From Nitrosopumilus sp. (GTDB lineage: Archaea > Thermoproteota > Nitrososphaeria > Nitrososphaerales > Nitrosopumilaceae), in contig OZ243974.1 of assembly GCA_965214775.1 (NCBI GenBank), forward strand, positions 1,056,001-1,120,000: DNA of 64,000 nt, written 5' to 3'. The notes under the pieces were generated by a model. That model was not told the origin of the DNA, made no database searches, and saw only the letters and a program-made list of their open reading frames with translations. The position numbers were made by a program, and so were the translations under genes. Positions 1 to 9,837 of this stretch are shown in pieces (positions within the stretch are counted from its first letter, which is position 1; each line of letters starts with the position of its first letter).

Positions 1-294
1 AAACAAGGCGTTATACCCCTTTACTCCCTCACCTGTTGTGGTTTTATCAGTCGGGTCAGACAGCACCCTGACTTCGTTTTGGATTGAGGGATCGTCTTTT
101 ATTCCAAGATGGGTCTCCAAATCGTCTTGGCTGATTTGGAACGTTTTTTGTTTGGTCTTTTCTCTTACAATCTCTTTGATGATCTTTTCTAGCTTTTTGA
201 CATCCACATTCTCTAGAATCCTAAAGGCATCGGGATGAATCTGGAATCCCTTGTTTAACGCATAATTTAACGCAAGGGACAACTCTTTTTTCAT
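1..294 (-). CDS. polB: DNA polymerase D small subunit DP1, N-terminal part (runs off window)
   Basis: Hand translation from ATG at 294: MKKELSLALNYALNKGFQIHPDAFRILENVDVKKLEKII...GEGVKGYNALF, recognised as the thaumarchaeal DP1 N-terminus; not in ORF track because it is partial. Confidence 0.75.
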   Translation of the reverse strand, partial: MKKELSLALNYALNKGFQIHPDAFRILENVDVKKLEKIIKEIVREKTKQKTFQISQDDLETHLGIKDDPSIQNEVRVLSDPTDKTTTGEGVKGYNALF

Positions 295-374
295 ATCGGA
301 AAATACCATGCGGTTTAATTAAATCTGCCTTAACGACGGCGAACCCTCAAATATTATTCTAATGGCAACACACC

Positions 375-917
375 ATGAACAAAACCCGAATTGGATTTTT
401 TTTCGTCTTTATGGGCGCATTTGTAGCAGCTTATCAAGCAGGTTCGATGTCTGATGTTGGCAAGGAAGAGGCCGCAGATTTCATGAAAGAGTTTGAAGAA
501 CTTGTTTTGGACATTGATGGATTTGGAATCTTTGTCCATAACACCACTCTGGCTTTGATCATGTTTGTTCCGGGATTTGGCATAGCATGGGGTCTGTTTT
601 CTGCATGGTCCACCGGGTTTGCGTTTGCCGCCATTACAACCACGGCGCCTGAATTAAGCTCAATCCCGCCACTGTCAATCCTGTTTTTATCTCCGTTTGG
701 AATAATGGAACTTGTCGCATACTCACTTGGAATCTCGAGGAGTTATATTCTGATTCGGGCGATTTTAAAGAAAACCAATCTTACAACTTTCATCAAACCC
801 ACGGTTATTGAGATTGGAATAATGGTTGGTTTGCTCTTGGCCGCAGGCCATCTGGAATTTTACATGATTGAATTGGCCCAGAAAGGCGGGTTTGAAATGC
901 CTGGATTTGACCCGTGA
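375..917 (+). CDS. SpoIIM-family membrane protein
   Basis: 180 aa, hydrophobic; IFVHN, PGFG and PFGIMELVAY motifs typical of SpoIIM/DUF95. Confidence 0.75.
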   Translation: MNKTRIGFFFVFMGAFVAAYQAGSMSDVGKEEAADFMKEFEELVLDIDGFGIFVHNTTLALIMFVPGFGIAWGLFSAWSTGFAFAAITTTAPELSSIPPLSILFLSPFGIMELVAYSLGISRSYILIRAILKKTNLTTFIKPTVIEIGIMVGLLLAAGHLEFYMIELAQKGGFEMPGFDP

Positions 918-959
918 CATTTGGGTTTGCTGCCAAGTCCAAAACAATCCGTATTTGAC

Positions 960-1103
960 GTATGACGTATGATGTATGATGTATGATGTATGATGTATGT
1001 GTATGATGTATGTGTATGATGTATGTGTATGATGTATGTGTATGTGTATGATGTATGTGTATGATGTATGTGTATGATGTATGTGTATGATGTATGTGTA
1101 TGT
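960..1103. repeat. Compound tandem repeat of GTATGAT and GTATGT units
   Basis: About 20 contiguous 6- and 7-nt units, largely alternating as a 13-nt higher-order unit. Confidence 0.95.
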
Positions 1104-1461
1104 GGGACGCCTATCCTTTGCCTGCCGCTCATGCCAGCCACAGAAACTCTCAACCAAACCAAACACGACGAACCTACACACCAAACACCAAACCATGACT
1201 GTCGCCTGATTCATAACACACATCAAAAAAAACAGATCATGGTTTTGACATTGTACATGTTTTGTTAAAAAAACAACCGGTTCCCGACCATGCATGCCAC
1301 GGCACTGCACTTCCCCCGTTTGTCGTGGCCTAGATGTCTGATAATTTTCCACACATCTTGCATACGCAATCCTTGCCATTCTGGTATCTTTTACAATGCG
1401 GGCATTGCCAGATGTTTTTGACCAATTTTTTGCACGCCTCGAGGTGGTTTGGCCGGCCTTG

Positions 1462-2319
1462 CTAGCCCCCCGTCCCCCTCAACAATTTCATCTTCCATTT
1501 AAGGTATGCTGGATTTGGTGGATACTTTGCGTTTGGCCTGATGTACAACTCTGAGGGAATCGGCTTTAACCACGACTTTACAATCGATGATCCTTGGTCA
1601 CGCAGATGATCCGATACCTCAATCCCATAATCCTCCTCAATTGTTATGGAGCCCCTCTCAAAGGCCACATCGCAAAACCTGCACAAAAGCAACCCGTTGG
1701 AGGGATTCATGGAGTTGGATGCGTCTTTGACCCTCATTACCGCATAAGGCACTATGTGGGCACCTATCATATATTCTGGAATTTTAAACCCACACAGCAC
1801 GCATTTTCCATATTCTCTGAAAAGCTCCTCACGAAAGGCGTTTTGTTTTTGCCTTACAAACACCACACACATCTCTCCCTTTGAATGAAAATTTTTGTTT
1901 TTTATCTCGCGCCTGAACCGGTTGGCAGCATACTGCTCAAGCTTGGTCTTGTCCAGATGCCACACCCCCATCCCCGTATTTTTCTTGTCCAGATGGCGCC
2001 AATCCACGAGTATTTTGGCCCGGCGCAGCCTTCCTACCTCGTTTGCTATCTCCTTATATAGCGCGTTTTCACTCTTGTTTTTTCCATAATCGTCAAATTT
2101 CAAGCAAAGGCCGTCTGCTACAAACCTGTCCAGTTCTGCCTTGGTGTGCCAGATGGGCCGATCCTTGAATTTACTGTGTATGGGATCGCCTGCGATGGTT
2201 CTTTTCTGGTCGCTCTCTATCTGGGTTATGGGCCGGCCTATGCGGTTCAGACCCTCCCACACAAACTCTTCTAGGCCGGCAAATTCCGGATGTCTGGTGT
2301 ATTTGCGGGCCCTGCTCAT
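1462..2319 (-). CDS. HNH endonuclease, restriction-like
   Basis: C-terminal RQKQNAFR..CVLCG..AHIVP..NGLLLCRFCDVAFERG, an HNH_2-type motif set. Confidence 0.8.
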   Translation of the reverse strand: MSRARKYTRHPEFAGLEEFVWEGLNRIGRPITQIESDQKRTIAGDPIHSKFKDRPIWHTKAELDRFVADGLCLKFDDYGKNKSENALYKEIANEVGRLRRAKILVDWRHLDKKNTGMGVWHLDKTKLEQYAANRFRREIKNKNFHSKGEMCVVFVRQKQNAFREELFREYGKCVLCGFKIPEYMIGAHIVPYAVMRVKDASNSMNPSNGLLLCRFCDVAFERGSITIEEDYGIEVSDHLRDQGSSIVKSWLKPIPSELYIRPNAKYPPNPAYLKWKMKLLRGTGG

Positions 2320-2363
2320 CAGATTGGATTGGACTGTGAATGATTAATAGGTTGTCTTGAAGA

Positions 2364-2504
2364 TAGTTTGTTGCATAACTCGATTTTTTTACTCGAATTC
2401 ATTCTAAATGATAAATCCAGATAAAAACTACAATTGATCTTGGATCTATTTGTGATCAAAATCAAGGGTTTTTTTGACGAAAAAGAAAACTATGCAACAA
2501 ACTA
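2364..2504. mobile_element. MITE sharing its terminal repeat with the decayed ISH3-type element at 31742-33203
   Basis: TAGTTTGTTGCATA at 2364-2377 and TATGCAACAAACTA at 2491-2504; the same end occurs near 33188-33202. Confidence 0.7.
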
Positions 2505-2599
2505 CAAACGTTAAAAACCAAATAAAGAAAGAAACCCAAACTTGGATTCGTAATTTTAATGAATAACTGTTCTGATGGTAATAGGCAGCCCCTGCCTAG

Positions 2600-2667
2600 A
2601 GTTGGAGTCACGTCCCTTGCCGGACAGGCATGGAAATCACAACTGCAGACAGATTCATACCTGATTG
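2600..2667. mobile_element. Truncated copy of the 93-bp GTAT/GTAC-ended MITE family
   Basis: GTCACGTCCC...CCTGATTG aligns with 47089-47181; flanked by direct repeat CTGCCTAG (2592-2599, 2668-2675). Confidence 0.55.
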
Positions 2668-2736
2668 CTGCCTAGGCAGGGACTATCTTATTATGTTGTT
2701 CTTGGAGATCGGGCACATCTTACATAAGCACAAATT

Positions 2737-3982
2737 CAGTAGTTCCGATTGTGGCCTGAAAATAAGGCAAATTGACAGATTTTTATGATCACTTGGATCT
2801 ATAGGGGGAACTTTTAGCAATTCCTGCATGACAAAAAGTGCCAGGGCCGCTCAAAAGCCGTACGGACACAGGGAGCGCAAGATGTTCCAGAACGCCGTCT
2901 CGGCAGTAGGCATGAAGTTCTCTGACAGACACAACGCAATATACGATGAAACGGATGCAGCTGCGCTTCTGGCAACGATGTCCAAGGAGCGCATGTGCGC
3001 AGAACAGGCCGCAGAGATACTCCGGGACTCTGCAGGCCGCAGCCCCGGCGCCGACTGGCTGCTTGGCAAGCTGGGCCAGGTGGACTATGAGACGATGCAC
3101 AAGAGGGCCGACAAGATCCTGCGCAGGACCGTCACAGACTCCATCAAGGGTGGCCTGATTGGAAAATCCCCGATCATAGCCATCGACAAGACCAAGATCC
3201 CGCGGTACGACCACAATCCGGACATGACCCACAAGATAAAGTACAGGGGGCCGGGCACCCGCACGGCTGAGGCATATATCACTGCAAGAACAGTAGGACA
3301 AAAGCACCAGACGCACCTTGCGTGCCTTCCGGTGACCAGGGACGCGTTTAACCCCGAATTCGTGCGTAAATTGCTGCAAACCATCAAGAGAATGCACATC
3401 AGGCCGCAGATGGTCCTGATGGACAAGGAGTTTTACTCAGTTGACGTACTCAACACGATAAATAATGCAGGATTGCGGTTCATGACTCCTGCAGTATGCA
3501 CCAAGGGAGTTGAGAGGGCCATACAGGAGCACATAGACGGGCACAGGGATGCAGTCAGCAAGTATACCATATCCTCTGGCAGCAGCAAGATAAGATGCAA
3601 CCTGATAATACTGGAAAGGGAGGATAAAAACAAGAAAAAGTTCCACATCGCCTTTGTCACCAACATGACCAACTGCACGCCGGAGGATTTGTTTGAGCTT
3701 CCCGAGGAGTACCGCAAGAGGTGGGGAATAGAGACCGGATACCGGGACGTCAAGAGGGCCATGCCGCGCACCTGCAGTCGGAACGATGCCATAAGACTCA
3801 TACTGTTCTACCTGTCGCTTGGAATGTCTAACATCTGGATGATCGCAAGATCATGGTGCAAAAAAAAGAAGATCAAGCTCAAGGTGCTGCTTGCCCGGAT
3901 TATAAGATGGTGTATGAGACCATGGAACAAAAAGCCCCCCGATCCGGGCTAGGGCAGGCCGGGGTCACAATCGGAACTACTG
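2737..3982 (+). mobile_element. ISH3-type insertion sequence (IS4 superfamily), copy 1
   Basis: Perfect TIR CAGTAGTTCCGATTGTG / CACAATCGGAACTACTG; 5-bp TSD AAATT on both sides. Confidence 0.93.
2828..3952 (+). CDS. ISH3-family DDE transposase
   Basis: IAID, MDKEFY and YRKRWGIETGYR motifs; 374 aa; protein identical to 47317-48441. Confidence 0.92.
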   Translation: MTKSARAAQKPYGHRERKMFQNAVSAVGMKFSDRHNAIYDETDAAALLATMSKERMCAEQAAEILRDSAGRSPGADWLLGKLGQVDYETMHKRADKILRRTVTDSIKGGLIGKSPIIAIDKTKIPRYDHNPDMTHKIKYRGPGTRTAEAYITARTVGQKHQTHLACLPVTRDAFNPEFVRKLLQTIKRMHIRPQMVLMDKEFYSVDVLNTINNAGLRFMTPAVCTKGVERAIQEHIDGHRDAVSKYTISSGSSKIRCNLIILEREDKNKKKFHIAFVTNMTNCTPEDLFELPEEYRKRWGIETGYRDVKRAMPRTCSRNDAIRLILFYLSLGMSNIWMIARSWCKKKKIKLKVLLARIIRWCMRPWNKKPPDPG

Positions 3983-4059
3983 AAATTTCCAAAAAAGTTT
4001 TGTTTTAAATAAAGAATTGATTCATTTTGTTTTAAAAATAAATTTTGATATAATTCCAC

Positions 4060-4749
4060 TCTAAAGCCTTGCCATTTTAAAACTCTAAACTCAAGATCCT
4101 CAAAATCTTTATCAAAAATTATCAAACAATCGCAACCTGCATCTTTTGCCAATAACGCATGAATTACATCATCGGAGCCCAATCCTTTGAATGCCGAATA
4201 ATTCACATTCTTTGAACCACATCTTGAACATTTATGATAAAACCTGACTTTTCCTTCAGTTCCTTGCAGAACATCAAAAGCCCGATCCATCAATTTATTC
4301 AGATCTGTATGCCTTCCTAATTCAAACTTCAAATTTGGTAATTGAATTAGTTCTCCCATCAATTTTTCATACATTGCTTTACTTGCGTTTTAGAACAAAA
4401 CCTATCTGTTCCACATCTGATCTACCTTTCAAATTGTGCTTTTCTCTGCCTTTTTATGTGCGTAAAACTACGACAACCTCCATTAATGTAAGCGAGGATA
4501 CAATTCCAATGAATTTCCCCTCCTTTATCTCATCTAAAATCCCTGAAGCTAATCTGTATTGATCGAGTTCTTTTTGCTTGCCTACTGAGATTGCTAAGAG
4601 AATATTTGCGTCTAGGTAGGTAACAGGTCGGGCTCTGGAAGTTCAGGCGCGAGTTTTGTTATCTCGGGGAGGCCTCCCGTGTAGATTTGTGCCTAAAATC
4701 AGGAGCAGCTTCCAGAGCCCGACCTGTTACCTAGGTAGGCTTTTTTCAA
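4060..4749 (-). pseudogene. PIN-domain (VapC-like) toxin pseudogene
   Basis: TTG start overlaps upstream TGA. After removing the MITE it reads MKKAYLDANILL..SSLTLMEV; TAA at 4454-4456; frameshift in T-run 4388-4391; C-terminus DDVIHALLA..FDKDF. 3' limit approximate. Confidence 0.8.
4620..4730. mobile_element. 111-bp MITE inserted in the PIN gene
   Basis: TIR GTAACAGGTCGGGCTCTGGAAG / CTTCCAGAGCCCGACCTGTTAC; 8-bp TSD CTAGGTAG (alternative reading 4619-4731 with 6-bp TAGGTA). Confidence 0.9.
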
Positions 4750-5555
4750 CAACCCCTGACTAACTCTTCAGAATCAAATTCCTCTGCATCAATTTCTTCA
4801 GATAAAATACCTTTAATACGATCAAAAGATTTTGGATCTAGATCGGGTGCCTTGTCTAATCCAATAGATTTTGCTAATTTCCTTCTAAAACTCTCATCTC
4901 CAAATACGTGCTGTTGTGATGCAACAGCATATACTGGAATCTCTTCTTGCTTATCGCCAAACGGAATTTCATATTCAGAATTCAGGTATGAACTACTTTC
5001 TGTTCTAGTTTTATTCACCTCAGCTTTGATTTTACTTTTGCTAGTTAGTTTTGGATATTTTAGATAAACATCGTTCAAAAGCACTGTCAACGGTTTTTGA
5101 AAATAGCTAGAAGTAATTCCCTTGATTTTTTCCAATTCTGATGAATGACTCTTTACAAAATCTTTTATCAAATCTTTTCCCTTTTCAGTTAATGTGTATC
5201 TGTTAACCGGATGTCCGTATTCTATTATTATAGCAACGGGCAGAAGTCTCTGAGTCAAAGTAGGTCATAACTACACGTAAAAAACCTCAATTATTTCTGC
5301 CCGTTGCTATACTTTGGTGGATTTGACACAATCACGCCTTTCTAATTTTATAAGGCTTGCAGCTAGTTGTTGACTAAAACCTCCATAATTATCCGGCATC
5401 CAATCATCAAAGAACTGCTCATCGTTTAGAACTTCATGTAATAATAAAATTCCAAACTTCTGCAACCTGGTTCTTCCTTCAATATATGGAACAGAATCAA
5501 TCATTGCAAGAAGCCACTTATCTTCAATTTTTAAGAAACCAAAGAACAACCCCAT
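4746..5555 (-). pseudogene. YwgA/SocA-like winged-helix putative antitoxin split by an IS630 MITE
   Basis: IEGRTRLQK..YGGFS..YTLTEKGK motifs; removing 81 nt rejoins KSTKV-IIEYG in frame (242 aa). Confidence 0.75.
5231..5309. mobile_element. 79-bp IS630-derived MITE
   Basis: TIR TAGCAACGGGCAGAA / TTCTGCCCGTTGCTA, TA duplication; ends match IS630 at 41723-42834. Confidence 0.93.
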
Positions 5556-5738
5556 ATTGACTAATCCTCCGATCTTCCCTTTAAATTATTTACACCAGAC
5601 CGGTTGTGCTCGAAGATTATCGAAACTACAATTTTTATGCCCAAATAACTGAAAATTAAAGTTGTTTAGATATACTACATGCTGTATCTAAAATAATTTA
5701 GTAGCAAATTATAAACCAAATCAGGCAGGAAGATCATT

Positions 5739-6665
5739 GTGAAGGCTACCACTCCATTGCTGGCATTGCTCGTAGCAGTAGTAGTTTCTTCTACTGGATA
5801 TTTTGCAAATGACGCCTTTGCTGAAGTTTCTGAAAACCAAGCATTTCTTTTGGAGGGCTCCGGCTTTGCTGTCACTGAAGACGTCATAGAGAGATCGGAA
5901 ATCGATATTGGTTTGTCATCACAAGACAAGCGCGGAAGCTCGATCAATTTTGTAACCAAAGACGGGTTTGTTACTGCAGGCGACGATGATTTTGTAGCCT
6001 CTGAGCTGGAGGGAAAGTTTTTGCGCGAGGGCCGGTATATCAGACTAAACGGCATGATTGAAGGCGCCTCGGGCCTTGATGCGTCGATTAGCTTCTTTGG
6101 CAGGCTAATTGACGCAAGCAAAGACGCATCAGTTTATGGCTTTACTGGACGAATCACGACAAATGACGAGACATACAAAATAATTTACACTGCAAAACTC
6201 TCAACCGTATCAAAAATAAAACAAACTGCAGAAACCGCAACATCTGATGAAAATACGCTTCGCATTCTGAAATTTGCATCGACGCAGGGAATAGATGAAA
6301 ACAAGGCTCCCGGCCAACCAACTGCCGGGACAAAACTGGCGTTTTTCTCCGAAGACAGAATTTCAATTGAACCGGGAACTACAATCACAATGATCAACAA
6401 TGATACGGTATCTCATAGCATTATCAGCGGAAAAGAAAATTATGGTGACAGACACAACCCGTTTACCCCGGACATTGAATACCTGGGCGTGCAAAGAATC
6501 TCTACTGGAACAATTGAGCCGGGGGAGTCTGCGACGATTACGTTTGATGATGCTGGATTTTATCGACTATACGATCCTGACTATCCGTGGATGAAAATTG
6601 TGGCATATGTGTTCCCAAACTCAAACCCGACCATTTTTGGTGACGGACGGAATCTGGGAAGCTAG
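5739..6665 (+). CDS. Secreted protein with C-terminal cupredoxin-like domain
   Basis: Signal peptide; GTTITMINNDTVSHSI..GFYRLYDPDYPWM resembles plastocyanin fold but lacks Cys/His ligands. Confidence 0.7.
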   Translation: MKATTPLLALLVAVVVSSTGYFANDAFAEVSENQAFLLEGSGFAVTEDVIERSEIDIGLSSQDKRGSSINFVTKDGFVTAGDDDFVASELEGKFLREGRYIRLNGMIEGASGLDASISFFGRLIDASKDASVYGFTGRITTNDETYKIIYTAKLSTVSKIKQTAETATSDENTLRILKFASTQGIDENKAPGQPTAGTKLAFFSEDRISIEPGTTITMINNDTVSHSIISGKENYGDRHNPFTPDIEYLGVQRISTGTIEPGESATITFDDAGFYRLYDPDYPWMKIVAYVFPNSNPTIFGDGRNLGS

Positions 6666-7381
6666 CCTTCTTCCCACTGCCATCGGTAATTCATATATGA
6701 ATCCAAACTGGCCTGATTGAACACCATTACTGACAAATCCGAAAATTCCCTTCCCTCCAAATCCCTTACAACTCCCGAAAAACTGGTCTCATCTCCGGTA
6801 GTCATTGCCTCAAAGACGTGAACTTTCATCTTTGCTGTGTCAAAACCGTTCTCTCTTAGATATATTGCAACCTCTGATGGCATGAAATGCTTGTCAGGCT
6901 GTTTTGGCCACGGCCTTGGAACCAAAATCACGCTGAATCCGTCAACCAACGCCTTTTGCAGCTCCAATTTTTTGCCTTCAATCGGGGCTGTGACATGCAT
7001 TGTGATTACCCTGGATTTGTCCAACGGAACCCGTGCCCTTGAGGCTGCAACCTGAACTGAGCTGATTCCTGGAACAACCTCCACTTCTCCAAAAATCTCA
7101 ATCAGTCTGTCGACTACCTCTGATTCAGAGAAATTCACATCCCCCGTAAACGGAACTACCAGAGATCTGTCTCCAAGCTCCACAAGAACTTCCTGGTACG
7201 CTTTTTCTTGGTCGTTCATTGTGACTTCGCGGATCTCCTTTCCGTCAAGCAGATGCTCGATCGTCTTTAGGGTATACTTGTAGCCAATCACAACATCGCA
7301 ATCCCGGACTATCTCTTTTACGATTTCTGTGACGTATTTTGGAGAACCCGGACCCACTCCGACAGCGTAAACCTTGCCCAA
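6662..7381 (-). CDS. cbiE: Cobalt-precorrin-7 C5-methyltransferase
   Basis: VGVGPG, TGD and VVPGISSVQVAA tetrapyrrole methylase motifs. Confidence 0.8.
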   Translation of the reverse strand: MGKVYAVGVGPGSPKYVTEIVKEIVRDCDVVIGYKYTLKTIEHLLDGKEIREVTMNDQEKAYQEVLVELGDRSLVVPFTGDVNFSESEVVDRLIEIFGEVEVVPGISSVQVAASRARVPLDKSRVITMHVTAPIEGKKLELQKALVDGFSVILVPRPWPKQPDKHFMPSEVAIYLRENGFDTAKMKVHVFEAMTTGDETSFSGVVRDLEGREFSDLSVMVFNQASLDSYMNYRWQWEEG

Positions 7382-7383
7382 CT

Positions 7384-7875
7384 TTACTCCGTAAAACTCC
7401 GTCTGTCTTTGATATATTGCACAAATGGAGCCCAGTCGACTTTCATGTACTTTGTCGGCTCTTTTGCAGGATACGTTACCCAGTCCTGTGCCACCGAATA
7501 CTGGAATTTTTCTTGTTTTCCGTCTTTCTCATATTCCAAGTACAATACGCTCCCCCAGCCCTTTTCTTCATGAATGATTTTTGAAATATCGTCAAATGAT
7601 ATCTCCACGTTTTTTTCAATTTCTAAATCGGTCATTAGCTCGTCTTCGGCGTATCCGTCATGGATGATCATCGTGTTCCTTGATTTTATTAATTTAATTA
7701 CTTGTCTTGACGTGACTGCCTTCCACCAGTTGGCTTTGGCATCAGTCTTGTGAACAAACATCAGATGCCTGTCAGTAAGGACCAGCATCCCTTCCCTCCC
7801 GCCGATTGAGAACGTCCTCTTTGGCTCCCTCCAAACAGAAACCAAATGTGCTTGAATCTTTTCATCAGAATCCAT
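7384..7875 (-). CDS. Hypothetical protein, PH/GRAM-like
   Basis: 163 aa ORF co-oriented with cbiE; GMLVLTDRHLMF motif. Confidence 0.65.
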   Translation of the reverse strand: MDSDEKIQAHLVSVWREPKRTFSIGGREGMLVLTDRHLMFVHKTDAKANWWKAVTSRQVIKLIKSRNTMIIHDGYAEDELMTDLEIEKNVEISFDDISKIIHEEKGWGSVLYLEYEKDGKQEKFQYSVAQDWVTYPAKEPTKYMKVDWAPFVQYIKDRRSFTE

Positions 7876-7908
7876 AGTCGGTGATTTGTCCGGCTTTGTT
7901 AAAAACTA

Positions 7909-9498
7909 ATGCGCAATTGGCTTTTAAGTAGGCAGACCAGAAAACCAGCGTTGAGTGGAATTTTTCTTGGCATGATTCTTTCACTGCTTGTAATTGGCAT
8001 TGGAAACTATGCGTATGCACAAACTGTAGAGTTCAACCCAGTAAGCTTTACTGATCCCGTGGTGATTCTTCAAACAAGTCTTGGGAACATTACGATAGAA
8101 TTTTTCCCGCACGACGCACACGATCACGTCCAAAATTTCTTGAAGCTTTCCGCATCTGGATTTTATGATGGGACTCTTTTCCACAGAATCATTCCCGGCT
8201 TTATGATTCAGGGCGGTGATCCAAACACGATTTCAGGTGATCAGGACACCTGGGGCCTTGGCGGCCCGGTTGACAAGGATGGTAATCAAAAAAGAGTCGA
8301 TGCAGAATTTAACACAATAAAACACAATCGGGGAATTGTTTCAATGGCAAGATCAGCTGATCCTAACAGCGCCGGCTCTCAGTTCTTTATCGTACATCAG
8401 GATTCAAACTTTCTTGACGAACAATATACCGTATTTGGAAGGATTGCCACCAGTGAAAGCTTTCAGACTCTGGATAAAATTGCCAATGTTCTGACCGGAG
8501 ACAGGGACATTCCGGACAATCCGGAAGCCGTAAGAATCCTTTCGGCACAAATTACAGATCGTGCAAACATTCCTGACATCCTTGAACTACCGGAGCCTGA
8601 AAGAACTCTGTCTGCAGCCGCCACAATGGCCGGAAATCAAAAATTTGAGAGTCCTGAACACAATATTTCGTTGACTGTGCCTGACGGATGGCTGCTTCAG
8701 ACTCCTGACAAAACTGATGCAAATTCTCCTGACGTCGTTGCAGTTGGCCCTAAGGTGGGAGTGATGAATCCGGTAATCTCATTAACCGTCCAAGAGACCA
8801 ATCAAAGGACGTTGGACGATCTAATTGCAGAAAAAGACGCCTCACTCAAAAAAGTGATTGATACGGGAACGCTAAACATCATCTCAAAACAAAAAAAGAC
8901 CATCAATGGGTTTGAGGCATATGAAATTCACGCTGAAGGCTATTTTGAATCAAATGACGAGAAACTCAATGTCAAATTCAAAGAGGTAATGTTTTATGAT
9001 TCTGAGAAATTTTACACTCTGGCATACAGCAACGGCATGGATGACTATGCATCCCAGTTACCGCGGTTTGAGGATGCCGTCTCCACATTTGCAATACTGT
9101 CTGACAAAGAAGATGACAAAGAACCTGACCAAAACGGCGGATGTCTTGTTGCCACTGCAACGTTTGGATCTGAACTTACGCCCCAAGTCCAACAACTGCG
9201 AGAAATCCGAGACAACGTCTTGCTTTCAACTGCCTCAGGCGCCGCATTTATGACCGGATTTAACCAGCTGTACTATTCGTTTTCTCCAGGCATAGCTGAT
9301 TTGGAACGTGAGAGCCCGATGTTCAAAGAACTGGTTAAAACCGCAATCACCCCGATGCTTTTAACGTTGTCTGTAATGGAACACGCAGATTCTGAATCAA
9401 AAGTCCTAGGATATGGAACCGCGGTAATTTTGATGAATCTTGGAATGTATTTGGCAGCTCCTGCAATTGTAGCCTACAAGATTAAAAAAACAATCTAG
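7909..9498 (+). CDS. Secreted cyclophilin peptidyl-prolyl isomerase with PsbP-like domain and CFI-box-CTERM anchor
   Basis: FHRIIPGFMIQGGD, SMAR..SAGSQFF; C-terminal GGCLVATATFGSEL; start may lie slightly downstream. Confidence 0.88.
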   Translation: MRNWLLSRQTRKPALSGIFLGMILSLLVIGIGNYAYAQTVEFNPVSFTDPVVILQTSLGNITIEFFPHDAHDHVQNFLKLSASGFYDGTLFHRIIPGFMIQGGDPNTISGDQDTWGLGGPVDKDGNQKRVDAEFNTIKHNRGIVSMARSADPNSAGSQFFIVHQDSNFLDEQYTVFGRIATSESFQTLDKIANVLTGDRDIPDNPEAVRILSAQITDRANIPDILELPEPERTLSAAATMAGNQKFESPEHNISLTVPDGWLLQTPDKTDANSPDVVAVGPKVGVMNPVISLTVQETNQRTLDDLIAEKDASLKKVIDTGTLNIISKQKKTINGFEAYEIHAEGYFESNDEKLNVKFKEVMFYDSEKFYTLAYSNGMDDYASQLPRFEDAVSTFAILSDKEDDKEPDQNGGCLVATATFGSELTPQVQQLREIRDNVLLSTASGAAFMTGFNQLYYSFSPGIADLERESPMFKELVKTAITPMLLTLSVMEHADSESKVLGYGTAVILMNLGMYLAAPAIVAYKIKKTI

Positions 9499-9745
9499 GT
9501 GCGTCCTGGTTCTTTCCCAAAGACTGTTTTGCGCACATCATTGGTGTTATTATTCGGACACCAATAACTGCCACAACTGTGGCCCCTGCATTGTTTGTCG
9601 TTGATTCCAGGCAAATCCTGCAAAAAGCATTCACTCCCAGACACATTTTACTCCGGCCAGAAGAGCCTTCCCCCCAAACCTGCCACCAAAACCCGTTATT
9701 TGGCTTTTCAAAAAATCCCATTTAATGCCCTGCCTTGATCACCAG

Positions 9746-9835
9746 GTAAGAGTTTGCCTCCTCCCGAAAATACGACGTGGTAGGCACGGTGATCAAGGCT
9801 CCGGCCAGCAGTGTCGCCTGAGGGGTAACTCTTAC
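9746..9835. mobile_element. 90-bp MITE with GTAAGAG ends
   Basis: TIR GTAAGAGTT / AACTCTTAC; exact 9-bp TSD GATCACCAG (9737-9745, 9836-9844). Confidence 0.88.
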
Positions 9836-9837
9836 GA

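Noticed and set aside
765-1379. His/Thr/Tyr-rich ORFs on both strands
   Set aside because: They are translations of the GTATGAT/GTATGT tandem repeat and overlap the SpoIIM gene antisense.
2789-3801. Antisense ORFs repeated in both ISH3 copies
   Set aside because: Shadow frames of the transposase; they repeat only because the element is duplicated.
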